Source of the DNA: a virus
Taxonomy: Duplodnaviria; Caudoviricetes
Strand: one strand, 5' to 3'
Length of the DNA: 56,216 nucleotides
IMG/VR virus record: IMGVR_UViG_3300023174_002623
Coordinates: 1-56,216 of that record
Positions 1 to 8,173 of this stretch are shown here, one piece after another (the first letter of the stretch is position 1; every line of letters starts with the position of its first letter). The notes under the pieces were generated by a model, which was given only the letters and a program-made list of their open reading frames with translations, ran no database searches and was not told the DNA's origin. Position numbers and translations under genes: made by a program.

Positions 1-2
1 AA

Positions 3-1112
3 CCAATTGAAAATCCTCCATATGAAATTAAAAAATTTCCATCAACCTTTCAGTATGGAAAAACTAAAAATTTAACAGATGTTGTAAAAAAAATTGAACG
101 AATTTCTAAAATGTTTATTGATAATAAGGTTGATTCTTTAGATGAAATAGTTTTAAGATCACAACTTGGTCATAAAATAGATAAAGATCATTTATTTGGA
201 ATTATTGATTTATCAAAACCAGAAGATAATAGTCCATTCTATAGTTTTTCTTATAGATTGTCAGAAGACAGATATATATATGTAGACTACACACACAATA
301 CACATAGTGGAAGAAGATTAAAAAAAATTCCAGGGTACGATCAACAAATTGAGTTTAGATTAAATAATCATTTATTTAGAAGTCAACACTTCAAACAACT
401 TAATGAATCGAACATCAATATTCTATATGCTGGATGTTCCTATACTTATGGTGATGGTCTTCCAGAAGAACTTGTATGGTCAGGAATGCTTACCTCTAAA
501 CTTAAAAGTTTTTATGCAAATGACAATATTGAAACATTTAGTGTTGCAAGTTCTGGAATTGCAATAGATAGTATTATAAGTAATATTTATAAGTTTATTC
601 ATCTATATGGCAAACCAAACTATCTGTTTATGCTATTACCAGATCTTGGAAGAAAAACTTATTTTGTAAAAAAACATAAAAAATATCTTCCTATACATAT
701 GGCACTAGATGTGTTTAATGTTAAAGATGAAACTGCAAAACACGTAAAAACTTATACAGTAGAAGATAGCATGTTTTATAATTTTTCATTAATTCATCAA
801 TTAGAAATATTTTGCAAAATGGTAGATATTAAATTGGTATGGAGTTTTTGGGCTCAGGAGGATAAGAAGGAATATATCACACAATCATTTGATAATATAT
901 TTTATGAAAAATTAGATGAAGATGGACAAATTTTTAAAAGCAAACATCCTTTTGGAAAAAATGGTCATTTAGAACCCTCTAAGTATAAAAATACAAACAA
1001 CTTACCTTTTTGGCTTATGGCACAGGATAACACTCATCCAGGAACATCATATCATGAGATGAAGTCTAATGAATTTTTTAATGAGGTGATGACTCGTTAT
1101 GAAAATAATTAA
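3..1112 (+). CDS. SGNH/GDSL-hydrolase-like protein, probably 5'-truncated by the window edge
   Basis: Frame is open from position 3 (PIENPPYEIKKF...) into the ATG at 111. Block-I-like YAGCSYTYGDG and C-terminal DNTHPG (DxxH) resemble SGNH catalytic motifs; it lies next to a carbamoyltransferase. Confidence 0.55.
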   Translation, partial: PIENPPYEIKKFPSTFQYGKTKNLTDVVKKIERISKMFIDNKVDSLDEIVLRSQLGHKIDKDHLFGIIDLSKPEDNSPFYSFSYRLSEDRYIYVDYTHNTHSGRRLKKIPGYDQQIEFRLNNHLFRSQHFKQLNESNINILYAGCSYTYGDGLPEELVWSGMLTSKLKSFYANDNIETFSVASSGIAIDSIISNIYKFIHLYGKPNYLFMLLPDLGRKTYFVKKHKKYLPIHMALDVFNVKDETAKHVKTYTVEDSMFYNFSLIHQLEIFCKMVDIKLVWSFWAQEDKKEYITQSFDNIFYEKLDEDGQIFKSKHPFGKNGHLEPSKYKNTNNLPFWLMAQDNTHPGTSYHEMKSNEFFNEVMTRYENN

Positions 1113-1185
1113 AATAATTTATTTAAAAATTCGGTATAGGAAAAAAATAAATAGACTAAAAAAAGACAATAGATATATATACTAA
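1099..1185 (+). CDS. 28-aa basic micro-protein MKIIKIIYLKIRYRKKINRLKKDNRYIY
   Basis: Not in the ORF track. ATG at 1099 overlaps the end of the upstream gene, and its TAA overlaps the carbamoyltransferase ATG (TAATG at 1183-1187), filling the gap exactly. Confidence 0.6.
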   Translation: MKIIKIIYLKIRYRKKINRLKKDNRYIY

Positions 1186-2609
1186 TGATTATTTTAGGAA
1201 TAAATGAAACATCCCATGATGCATCAGTTTCTCTAGTTAAAGATGGAGAAATCTTATTTGCTGGTCATGCAGAAAGATATAGCAAAACTAAAAATGATTG
1301 GTATATAGGAAATGATTTAGTTAATGATGCTTTAGAGTATGGCAATCCAGATTGTATAGCCTATTACGAGAAACCACTTCTAAAGGCCTCTAGACTTGTT
1401 TTAAGGGGTGGTTCTGGAGACTGGAGGCCAAGGCTCAATATCCAAGGCATACCAAGAAAATCATTTCCACACCATTATTCACATGCTTCTGCTGGGTACT
1501 ATACAAGTCCTTTTAAAGATGCTGTAATTGTAGTGCTTGATGCAATAGGAGAGTTTAATACCTCAACAGTCTGGGTAGGTGAAGGCAACAAGATTAAACT
1601 AAAGTATAAGAAAAACTATCCAGTATCATTTGGATTATTCTACTCAGCATTTACTCAGTTGATAGGACTAATGCCTAATCAAGAAGAATACATCATGATG
1701 GGCATGGCTGCTTATGGTAATCCAGAAAAATATGAACGTAAGGTATCGAATTACTTTCTTAGACATGATATGCAAAAATATAATTTCCATAAAGGAATTG
1801 TTGATTGGGATGAGCCAATTACAGAACAAGATAGGTTTGACATTGCAGCAGCAGTACAAAAAGTTTATGAATTAAGACTTAATGAGTTTATGCATTTTGC
1901 CTACAGCATAACTGGCAAAAACAATCTTGTTTTTATGGGTGGTTGTGCATTAAACTCTTCTGCTAATACTATACTTTGGAATATTTTTAAATCAGTATGG
2001 ATTATGCCAAATCCAGGAGATGCTGGCAGTTCGTTAGGCGCAGCAGCAGCATTATATGGAAAACACATCGAATGGAAGTCTCCATATCTTGGTCATGATC
2101 TTGGTGGAAAATATCCAGTTCAAAAAATTGTTGACGGTATATTAAAAGATGGAATAGTGGCAGTAGCAAGCGGAAGAGCAGAATATGGCCCACGAGCACT
2201 AGGAAACAGATCCATTCTGGCAGATCCAAGAGACCCAATTATAAAAGATAAAGTTAACTTAATAAAACAAAGAGAACTCTTTAGACCTTTTGCTCCAGTG
2301 GTTATTGAAGAACATGCATCAAAATGGTTTGATATGGACTTTACAAGCCCGTATATGCAATACACAGTTAAATGCTTAAAGCCAGATGTTATACCATCAG
2401 TTGTACATGCAGATGGAACATCCAGAGTTCAAACGGTAAATAAACAACAACACCCTGGACTATTTAAGGTATTAAATAAGTTCTATCTTGAAACTGGAGT
2501 ACCCGTACTTTTAAATACTAGCCTTAACATAAAAGGACAGCCATTGCTCAATGATAAAAAAGATATCATTGAATGGGAAAAAACATATAATTTTAAAATT
2601 ATCAACTAG
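1185..2609 (+). CDS. O-carbamoyltransferase, NodU/CmcH family
   Basis: Family motifs HDAS, AERYSK.KND, HHYSHA, DAIGE, MGMAAYG, GGCALN, GDAGSSLGAA, EYGPRALGNRS, RELFRPFAP, VHADGTSRVQTV, LNTSLN. Confidence 0.95.
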   Translation: MIILGINETSHDASVSLVKDGEILFAGHAERYSKTKNDWYIGNDLVNDALEYGNPDCIAYYEKPLLKASRLVLRGGSGDWRPRLNIQGIPRKSFPHHYSHASAGYYTSPFKDAVIVVLDAIGEFNTSTVWVGEGNKIKLKYKKNYPVSFGLFYSAFTQLIGLMPNQEEYIMMGMAAYGNPEKYERKVSNYFLRHDMQKYNFHKGIVDWDEPITEQDRFDIAAAVQKVYELRLNEFMHFAYSITGKNNLVFMGGCALNSSANTILWNIFKSVWIMPNPGDAGSSLGAAAALYGKHIEWKSPYLGHDLGGKYPVQKIVDGILKDGIVAVASGRAEYGPRALGNRSILADPRDPIIKDKVNLIKQRELFRPFAPVVIEEHASKWFDMDFTSPYMQYTVKCLKPDVIPSVVHADGTSRVQTVNKQQHPGLFKVLNKFYLETGVPVLLNTSLNIKGQPLLNDKKDIIEWEKTYNFKIIN

Positions 2610-3511
2610 ATGCTTTTAAACAGTTTTTGCCATTTTACTATTTGTTTATCCCAGGAATACTGTTTATTAAAAAAGTCTGATTGTTCTTTAAATATACCAG
2701 TTTCATATTCATCCCAATAGTTATCAATTGAATTGTTTAATAATTCTAGATATTTGTCAACTAATGTTTCTTGTTCATACTGAACTGGTACAGAAACTCC
2801 CCAACCACAACTTGTCTCAGGAATTGCTCCTAAATTTGTTGTCACAATCTTACATCCAGCAGCGCCAGCCTCAATCAAACTTAAACAAGATGTTTCTTCC
2901 CATATGCATGGGTAAGCAAAAATATGACATTCTTGTAATGCTTTAATAACATCTTCATTTGTTGCATATCCATGATAGACAACATTTTCCATATTCTTTG
3001 CTCTTTCAAATAAGTCTTCATACAAATGCTTGTTATCCTTGTCAAAATCATCACCATATATAATTGTTGATGAGTAAACATGAAGTTCAACATTTTTATT
3101 TTTTATTTTTTCCATAACATCTAGTAAAACTTTTAAGCCACGCCAGGGAGTGCTTGCATAGATTAATTTAATCTTACCTTGTTCTTTTTCTTTATACTCT
3201 ATATGATTAATTGCATTTTCTATTACATAGGATTTATCCAACGGTATGAAAGGTCTATTTTTCCAGTACATACTTAACTGATAATTTGAAACAAATATAG
3301 CACAATCTAACTTGTCGCTATATTCTTTTATACCAAGATTTCTGCTACTAAATTGATCAAAATGACCATGTTGCCATAAAACATTTTTCTTATCTTCTTC
3401 TATTATGTCAACATTTGTGTCATTTAGAATTAATTTTATATTATACTCATTAACGTCAATTCTTTTGTTTAGTTCCATGTAAAGCAATTCTGACCCACTG
3501 CTTGGAAGCAT
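2606..3511 (-). CDS. Glycosyltransferase, GT-B fold (GT4/Glycos_transf_1-like)
   Basis: N-terminal SGSE, IFVS, LIYASTPWRGL, and IFAYPCIWEETSCLSLIEAGAAG containing the EX7E motif. Convergent 4-nt overlap with the carbamoyltransferase. Confidence 0.9.
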   Translation of the reverse strand: MLPSSGSELLYMELNKRIDVNEYNIKLILNDTNVDIIEEDKKNVLWQHGHFDQFSSRNLGIKEYSDKLDCAIFVSNYQLSMYWKNRPFIPLDKSYVIENAINHIEYKEKEQGKIKLIYASTPWRGLKVLLDVMEKIKNKNVELHVYSSTIIYGDDFDKDNKHLYEDLFERAKNMENVVYHGYATNEDVIKALQECHIFAYPCIWEETSCLSLIEAGAAGCKIVTTNLGAIPETSCGWGVSVPVQYEQETLVDKYLELLNNSIDNYWDEYETGIFKEQSDFFNKQYSWDKQIVKWQKLFKSI

Positions 3512-3537
3512 TTTTACCCACCCTATATCTAATTGTG

Positions 3538-3567
3538 CCCCCCACTAAAATTTCTTAAAGTGGGGGG
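3538..3567. terminator. GC-rich hairpin between transglycosylase and glycosyltransferase (terminator-like)
   Basis: CCCCCCACT (3538-3546) pairs with AGTGGGGGG (3559-3567), 12-nt loop, 10 nt after the transglycosylase stop. There is no strong U-tract on the minus strand. Confidence 0.55.
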
Positions 3568-3577
3568 ACTTATTGTA

Positions 3578-4135
3578 TTATTTTGGAAATCTCTTTAGCC
3601 ATTTGCTCGTGGCACCCTTATTATAGGATGACCATGAACTCCAGTCCTTACCGCCTTTTGTCATGTGAAACACGATTTCAGCATTCTTAACTGGGCTAAA
3701 AAGTTCAGCATTTAAATCAAGATTGAATTTGTCTTTCCGATCTGGACCTAAATCACCGATCATGTTAATCTGGAAGATTCCATATGAAGAATCTCCTGTC
3801 TTAACATTGCCATTAAAAGCAAAGGGGCGACCATTAGATTCTGCCTTGGCAACAGCCCAAGCAGTCTTAAGTCCCTGTCCTTTAAATCCAACGGCTTTCA
3901 GTAATTCAACCAACTGGCTGTCAGTTAAACTTGTAGCGTCCGCATACTTAGCAAGCACCACATCAGTAGTAGGCTTAGAAAGCAAAAAAGCCGCTTTGTT
4001 GGCGGCAGGTTGACTTTCAGCGGTACTACTTAGTAAATTGTTCTTCATAGCATGAGCAGCACTTAGTCCATTATTTAATAATGACAAAGTAAGCACAGTT
4101 ACAAGAACCCCCGATAGTATTTTGTTGTCTCTCAA
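3578..4135 (-). CDS. Secreted lysozyme-like/lytic transglycosylase (cell-wall hydrolase)
   Basis: Hydrophobic signal ending in AHA; catalytic AKAES motif, SYGIFQIN, P..NA and WSSW motifs of SLT/lysozyme-like fold. TTG start preceded by AGGAGG. Confidence 0.85.
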   Translation of the reverse strand: MRDNKILSGVLVTVLTLSLLNNGLSAAHAMKNNLLSSTAESQPAANKAAFLLSKPTTDVVLAKYADATSLTDSQLVELLKAVGFKGQGLKTAWAVAKAESNGRPFAFNGNVKTGDSSYGIFQINMIGDLGPDRKDKFNLDLNAELFSPVKNAEIVFHMTKGGKDWSSWSSYNKGATSKWLKRFPK

Positions 4136-4182
4136 GTTTTTCCTCCTAGACTACAAATGCTACTTTTCAGTAGCATAAGATA

Positions 4183-4212
4183 ATTATAGCATCTTTTGGC
4201 TTTTTAAGTCAA
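4183..4212 (-). promoter_or_regulatory. Housekeeping-sigma promoter for the transglycosylase
   Basis: Minus strand reads TTGACT-18 nt-TATAAT with extended TGn (TGCTATAAT). Confidence 0.75.
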
Positions 4213-4250
4213 ATATTCATATAAAATTATAAAATTGTTTTCATTCCAAG

Positions 4251-4259
4251 TGGTATAAT
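4251..4259 (+). promoter_or_regulatory. Extended -10 promoter, near-leaderless start
   Basis: TGGTATAAT 9 nt before ATG 4269, with no SD. Divergent from the 4183-4212 promoter. Confidence 0.65.
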
Positions 4260-4268
4260 AATAAGACT

Positions 4269-4811
4269 ATGGCATCAGGCGAAACAACGGTATATGATTT
4301 ACCGTATCCAATTAATTCAGACCCAGTAGATGTAGCAGGGGATATACAGTCACTTGCTCAGCGTATTGAGGTTGTTTTACCTACAATCGGACTTCCATAT
4401 CACACAATTGAAGTAACAAATGTTAGTGGTGTTTCCATTACTAAAGGCGATCCTGTTTATGTTTCTGGATTTAATAGTACCAGCGGAAAACCACAAATAA
4501 CAAAATCACAAGCAAGCACTATTGGCACATTTCCTGTAATTGGATTGGCACAATCAACAATAAGCAATTCAACAGATGGAGTTGTTGTTATTTCTGGTGT
4601 ATTTACTGGAGTTAACACATCTTCATATTCTGTAGGAGCAAGATTATATGTTGGCACAAGTGGTGGACTAACAACAACTCAACCAATTACAACAACAACA
4701 AATTCTGGAGTTGTTGGCATTGTTGCAAAATCAAATGCCAGCGGAATAATTTTAATAGGTTCATTTAAAGGCAATGGCACTTGGGGATCAATGAAAGCAG
4801 GGTTAGCATAA
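4269..4811 (+). CDS. Virion accessory/minor tail protein
   Basis: N-terminal YDLPYP..SDPVDVAGDIQSLAQRIE resembles actinophage fibre-attachment segments. The C-terminal beta-rich domain (KGDPVYVSG, VIGLA, GARLYV) is capsid-cement/DUF2190-like. Confidence 0.5.
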   Translation: MASGETTVYDLPYPINSDPVDVAGDIQSLAQRIEVVLPTIGLPYHTIEVTNVSGVSITKGDPVYVSGFNSTSGKPQITKSQASTIGTFPVIGLAQSTISNSTDGVVVISGVFTGVNTSSYSVGARLYVGTSGGLTTTQPITTTTNSGVVGIVAKSNASGIILIGSFKGNGTWGSMKAGLA

Positions 4812-5191
4812 TGGCACAATACAGAGGATACGCAGAATCTTTTACAGTTGGATACGAGCCACCAACAGTAACATGGACAGTCGTTAAAGGAGATACAGCG
4901 TCTTTTAGAGTCTATGTTACAGACAACGAAAGAACTCCCATTGATGTTGACTCATGGATAATCTCTATGGATATTGTTCCACCAAATACCAGCACTCCAG
5001 TTGTTCAACTGTCACCTGGCCCAACAGTAGATGACGGTCCTGGAGAGTTTACAGTTTCATTAACATCACAAGAGTCAGATCTTCTTGCAACTGGGGATAG
5101 ATTTGATATTCAGTTATCAACAACATCACCAGCAACCGTGTGGACAGTAGCCCAGGGTACTATGGTAATGATTGAGACAGTCACTGAATAA
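4811..5191 (+). CDS. Hypothetical beta-sandwich virion protein (BppU N-terminal-like)
   Basis: TAATG coupling at 4809-4813; VKGDTASFRV...FTVSLT...FDIQL...WTVAQG pattern. Confidence 0.5.
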   Translation: MAQYRGYAESFTVGYEPPTVTWTVVKGDTASFRVYVTDNERTPIDVDSWIISMDIVPPNTSTPVVQLSPGPTVDDGPGEFTVSLTSQESDLLATGDRFDIQLSTTSPATVWTVAQGTMVMIETVTE

Positions 5192-5415
5192 TGCCAATAA
5201 CGAAGGTATCTAATCTAGATACACACCCTACAGAAATAATTAACATAGACTGTAGAACAACTTTTGTAACAACCATAGATGCTCTTTGTAGTGAATTCGC
5301 AACAGTAATGCCATTTAGAGTTAATTTTAAAACTATTGACATTGGCGGGTTTTCACCGACAAACGTACCACCTATTGGCATTGCAGTCATTGGCTTTAAT
5401 AATTACATTTCATGA
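5191..5415 (+). CDS. Hypothetical 74-aa protein
   Basis: TAATG coupling to the upstream gene; fills the gap exactly. Confidence 0.6.
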   Translation: MPITKVSNLDTHPTEIINIDCRTTFVTTIDALCSEFATVMPFRVNFKTIDIGGFSPTNVPPIGIAVIGFNNYIS

Positions 5416-5421
5416 TATAAT
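5413..5421 (+). promoter_or_regulatory. Extended -10 promoter, leaderless
   Basis: TGATATAAT 7 nt before ATG 5429; no SD. Confidence 0.65.
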
Positions 5422-5428
5422 CAATGAT

Positions 5429-5866
5429 ATGGCCGTCCTACCAATAAATCAGTTAAAAGCAAAGTTTGAGACAGGTGATAGACCTACTGGCACAGACTTT
5501 GCTGACTTAATTGATACCACCGCATACAGGGCAGATTCTTTGGGCGGAGACGGAAATAACTCAGTCACAATCAACGGTATTGAAGTTGCGACGGTATTTG
5601 ACACAATAGACACATCTACCTGGAGAACAGTAAAATACATGGTTCAGATGTCACATTCTGGATCTTCTTCATATAGAAGCACAGAAATAAATATAGTTTT
5701 TGATGGTACCAATCAAAATATAACAGAATTTGCCTCTGTTGCAAATACCAATAGTAATGTAGGTAATATAACTGCCAGTTTAAATTCTGGTACAATTAGC
5801 ATGACAGTTACACCAGCACTTAGCCCGATAACCGTACGGTTCTACCGCACTGGTTTGAAGGCTTGA
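5429..5866 (+). CDS. Small fibre-associated/adaptor protein
   Basis: Start reassigned to ATG 5429. LKAKFETGDRPTGTDFADLID N-terminus; the C-terminal domain is paralogous to the C-terminus of 5883-8138. Confidence 0.65.
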   Translation: MAVLPINQLKAKFETGDRPTGTDFADLIDTTAYRADSLGGDGNNSVTINGIEVATVFDTIDTSTWRTVKYMVQMSHSGSSSYRSTEINIVFDGTNQNITEFASVANTNSNVGNITASLNSGTISMTVTPALSPITVRFYRTGLKA

Positions 5867-5882
5867 CCTTAAGGAGAAATAA

Positions 5883-8138
5883 ATGGCTACAGTCGACAAA
5901 GCCTTTCGCATTAAAAATGGCCTAGTAGTTGAAGGCGCATCGGCAACTGTAAATGGATCAAATGTCCTTACAGAAGCCTCTACAGAATTTTTACAAGATA
6001 CTACAGCAGCCATGTTTACAGGTGGCTCAAGCACAGGTATCTCATTTTCATATAATGATACAACTGGTGTAATTGATGCAACAGTTTCTGCAGACCCTGT
6101 GTTTGGAGATAAGATTACTTTTGAAGGTACAACACCAGATGCATATGAACTTGTTCTTCAGGTAACAGAGCCAGTTGCAGATGTAACAGTAACCCTTCCA
6201 AATGCTACAGATACTTTAGTCGGTAAGGCAACAACAGATACTCTTACAAACAAATCAATCTCTGGAGCAACAAATACACTTTCTAATATTGGAAATGCTT
6301 CACTTACAAATTCTACTATTTCTGGCAAGGCACTAGGAACTAACCTAGATGCATTAACAATTTCAACAGGTTTGAGTGGAACAACATATAATGGTTCATC
6401 AGCAGTAACAATTGCTATTGATTCAACTGTTGCAACAACAAGCGGAACACAGACTCTTACAAACAAGACTCTTACATCTCCAGTAGTATCTGGACTTACT
6501 CTAAGCGATCAGAGCATTGTTTTTGAAGGCGCAACACCAGATAACTTTGAAACAACATTGACAGTAACAGACCCAACTGCAGACCGAACAATTACTCTTC
6601 CAAACGTAACTGGTACGGTAGTTACAACAGGTGATACAGGCTCTGTAACAAACACAATGCTTGCAGGATCAATTGCAAACGACAAACTTACAAACTCTTC
6701 TATCACAATTAATGGTAGCGCAATTTCACTTGGTGGATCAGTAAGCATTACTTCTGGCGTATCAAGCGTAAGCGGAACAACAAACCAGATTGCTGTAAGT
6801 GCAACAACTGGAGATATTACATTATCTCTACCAAGTGCAGTAACATTCCCAGGAACAGTTACTCTTAATGCAGATCCTACACAGGCTTTACAGGCAGCAA
6901 CAAAGCAGTATGTTGATGCTGTTGCACAAGGCCTGAATGTACATGCTTCTTGTATCGCTGCAACAACTGCTAACGTAAACCTAGCAAATGCTCTAGAAGC
7001 AGGCGATGTAATTGATGGTGTAACTCTTGTTGCTGGTGATCGTGTTCTTGTTAAGAATCAGAGCACAGCATCACAAAACGGTATCTATGTTGTTCAAGCA
7101 ACTGGCGCAGCAGTTCGTGCAACAGACTTTGACACACCAACAGAGATCGTACCAGGTGACTTTGTGTTTGTTTCTGGTGGTACAAACTATGATAATACTG
7201 GCTGGGTACAAACAGATAAAGTTACAACAGTTGGAACTGATCCAATTAACTTTACACAGTTCTCAGGTGCTGGTACATATCAGGCAGGCAATGGATTAAC
7301 ACTAACCGGTAACTCATTTAGCATTAATACTGGAGTTACTGTAGATATAAATACTGCACAAACTCTTACAAACAAAACTCTTACAAGTCCATCAATTACA
7401 AATCCAACAGTATCAGGACTATACCTATCTGATAACAGCATTGTTATTGAAGGAACTAATGATGTTCATGAAACAACATTAACATTTACAGATCCTACAC
7501 AGGACAATACAGTTACAGTTAAGAATGCTTCAGGAACACTTGCATTTACAACAGATATTGAATCTGCAGTTGATGCATTTGGAGCAGCCGTAACTGGCGG
7601 TACTGCAATTAGCGCATCATATGCTAACACAAGCAACATTCTTACAATTACAAATACTGGTGTAACAGGTCTTACTGGAACAACAGATCAGGTAACTGTA
7701 TCTGCTTCAACTGGTTCAGTTACACTGTCTCTTCCACAGAGCATTGCATCAACATCTAGCCCAACATTTGCAGCACTGTCTATCGGTTCTGGAACACTAA
7801 CAGCAGGCTCTGTAACTTTAGCAGATGCTCTTATTGGATCAGCAACTACAAGCGTAACTACAACAAGCGCAACTGTTGTTGATACATGGTCAACAACCAC
7901 ATACGATACTGCAAAATATATTGTTCAAATGAAAAACGGTAACGATATTGAAGCAATTGAAGTATTAGTTACAGTTGATGGAAATAACAATGTTTACATA
8001 ACAGAGTATGCAGACTTAATTAGTAATGCTCAACTTGGAACAATTGATGCAGATTACCTAAGCGGAAATGCAAGACTTCTTGTTACATCAACAAACGGAA
8101 CAACAGTAAAGGTACACAAGACGCTAATCGAAGCATAA
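5883..8138 (+). CDS. Long fibre/tail-fibre-like protein 1 (751 aa)
   Basis: AAGGAG RBS; Thr/Gly/Ser/Ala-rich; repeated TQTLTNKT motifs, AATKQYVD, GDRVLVKNQ...NGIY domain. Confidence 0.85.
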   Translation: MATVDKAFRIKNGLVVEGASATVNGSNVLTEASTEFLQDTTAAMFTGGSSTGISFSYNDTTGVIDATVSADPVFGDKITFEGTTPDAYELVLQVTEPVADVTVTLPNATDTLVGKATTDTLTNKSISGATNTLSNIGNASLTNSTISGKALGTNLDALTISTGLSGTTYNGSSAVTIAIDSTVATTSGTQTLTNKTLTSPVVSGLTLSDQSIVFEGATPDNFETTLTVTDPTADRTITLPNVTGTVVTTGDTGSVTNTMLAGSIANDKLTNSSITINGSAISLGGSVSITSGVSSVSGTTNQIAVSATTGDITLSLPSAVTFPGTVTLNADPTQALQAATKQYVDAVAQGLNVHASCIAATTANVNLANALEAGDVIDGVTLVAGDRVLVKNQSTASQNGIYVVQATGAAVRATDFDTPTEIVPGDFVFVSGGTNYDNTGWVQTDKVTTVGTDPINFTQFSGAGTYQAGNGLTLTGNSFSINTGVTVDINTAQTLTNKTLTSPSITNPTVSGLYLSDNSIVIEGTNDVHETTLTFTDPTQDNTVTVKNASGTLAFTTDIESAVDAFGAAVTGGTAISASYANTSNILTITNTGVTGLTGTTDQVTVSASTGSVTLSLPQSIASTSSPTFAALSIGSGTLTAGSVTLADALIGSATTSVTTTSATVVDTWSTTTYDTAKYIVQMKNGNDIEAIEVLVTVDGNNNVYITEYADLISNAQLGTIDADYLSGNARLLVTSTNGTTVKVHKTLIEA

Positions 8139-8147
8139 TCTTGACGT

Positions 8148-8173
8148 ACCCGAGGGGATAGGGAACTTCGGTG
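8148..8173 (+). promoter_or_regulatory. Hairpin covering the RBS and GTG start of fibre gene 2
   Basis: CCGAGG (8150-8155) pairs with CTTCGG (8166-8171) around the purine-rich loop GGATAGGGAA. Confidence 0.4.

Noticed and set aside
4136-4182. c-di-AMP (ydaO) riboswitch upstream of the muralytic enzyme
   Set aside because: The predicted leader is only about 41 nt, far too short for that aptamer.
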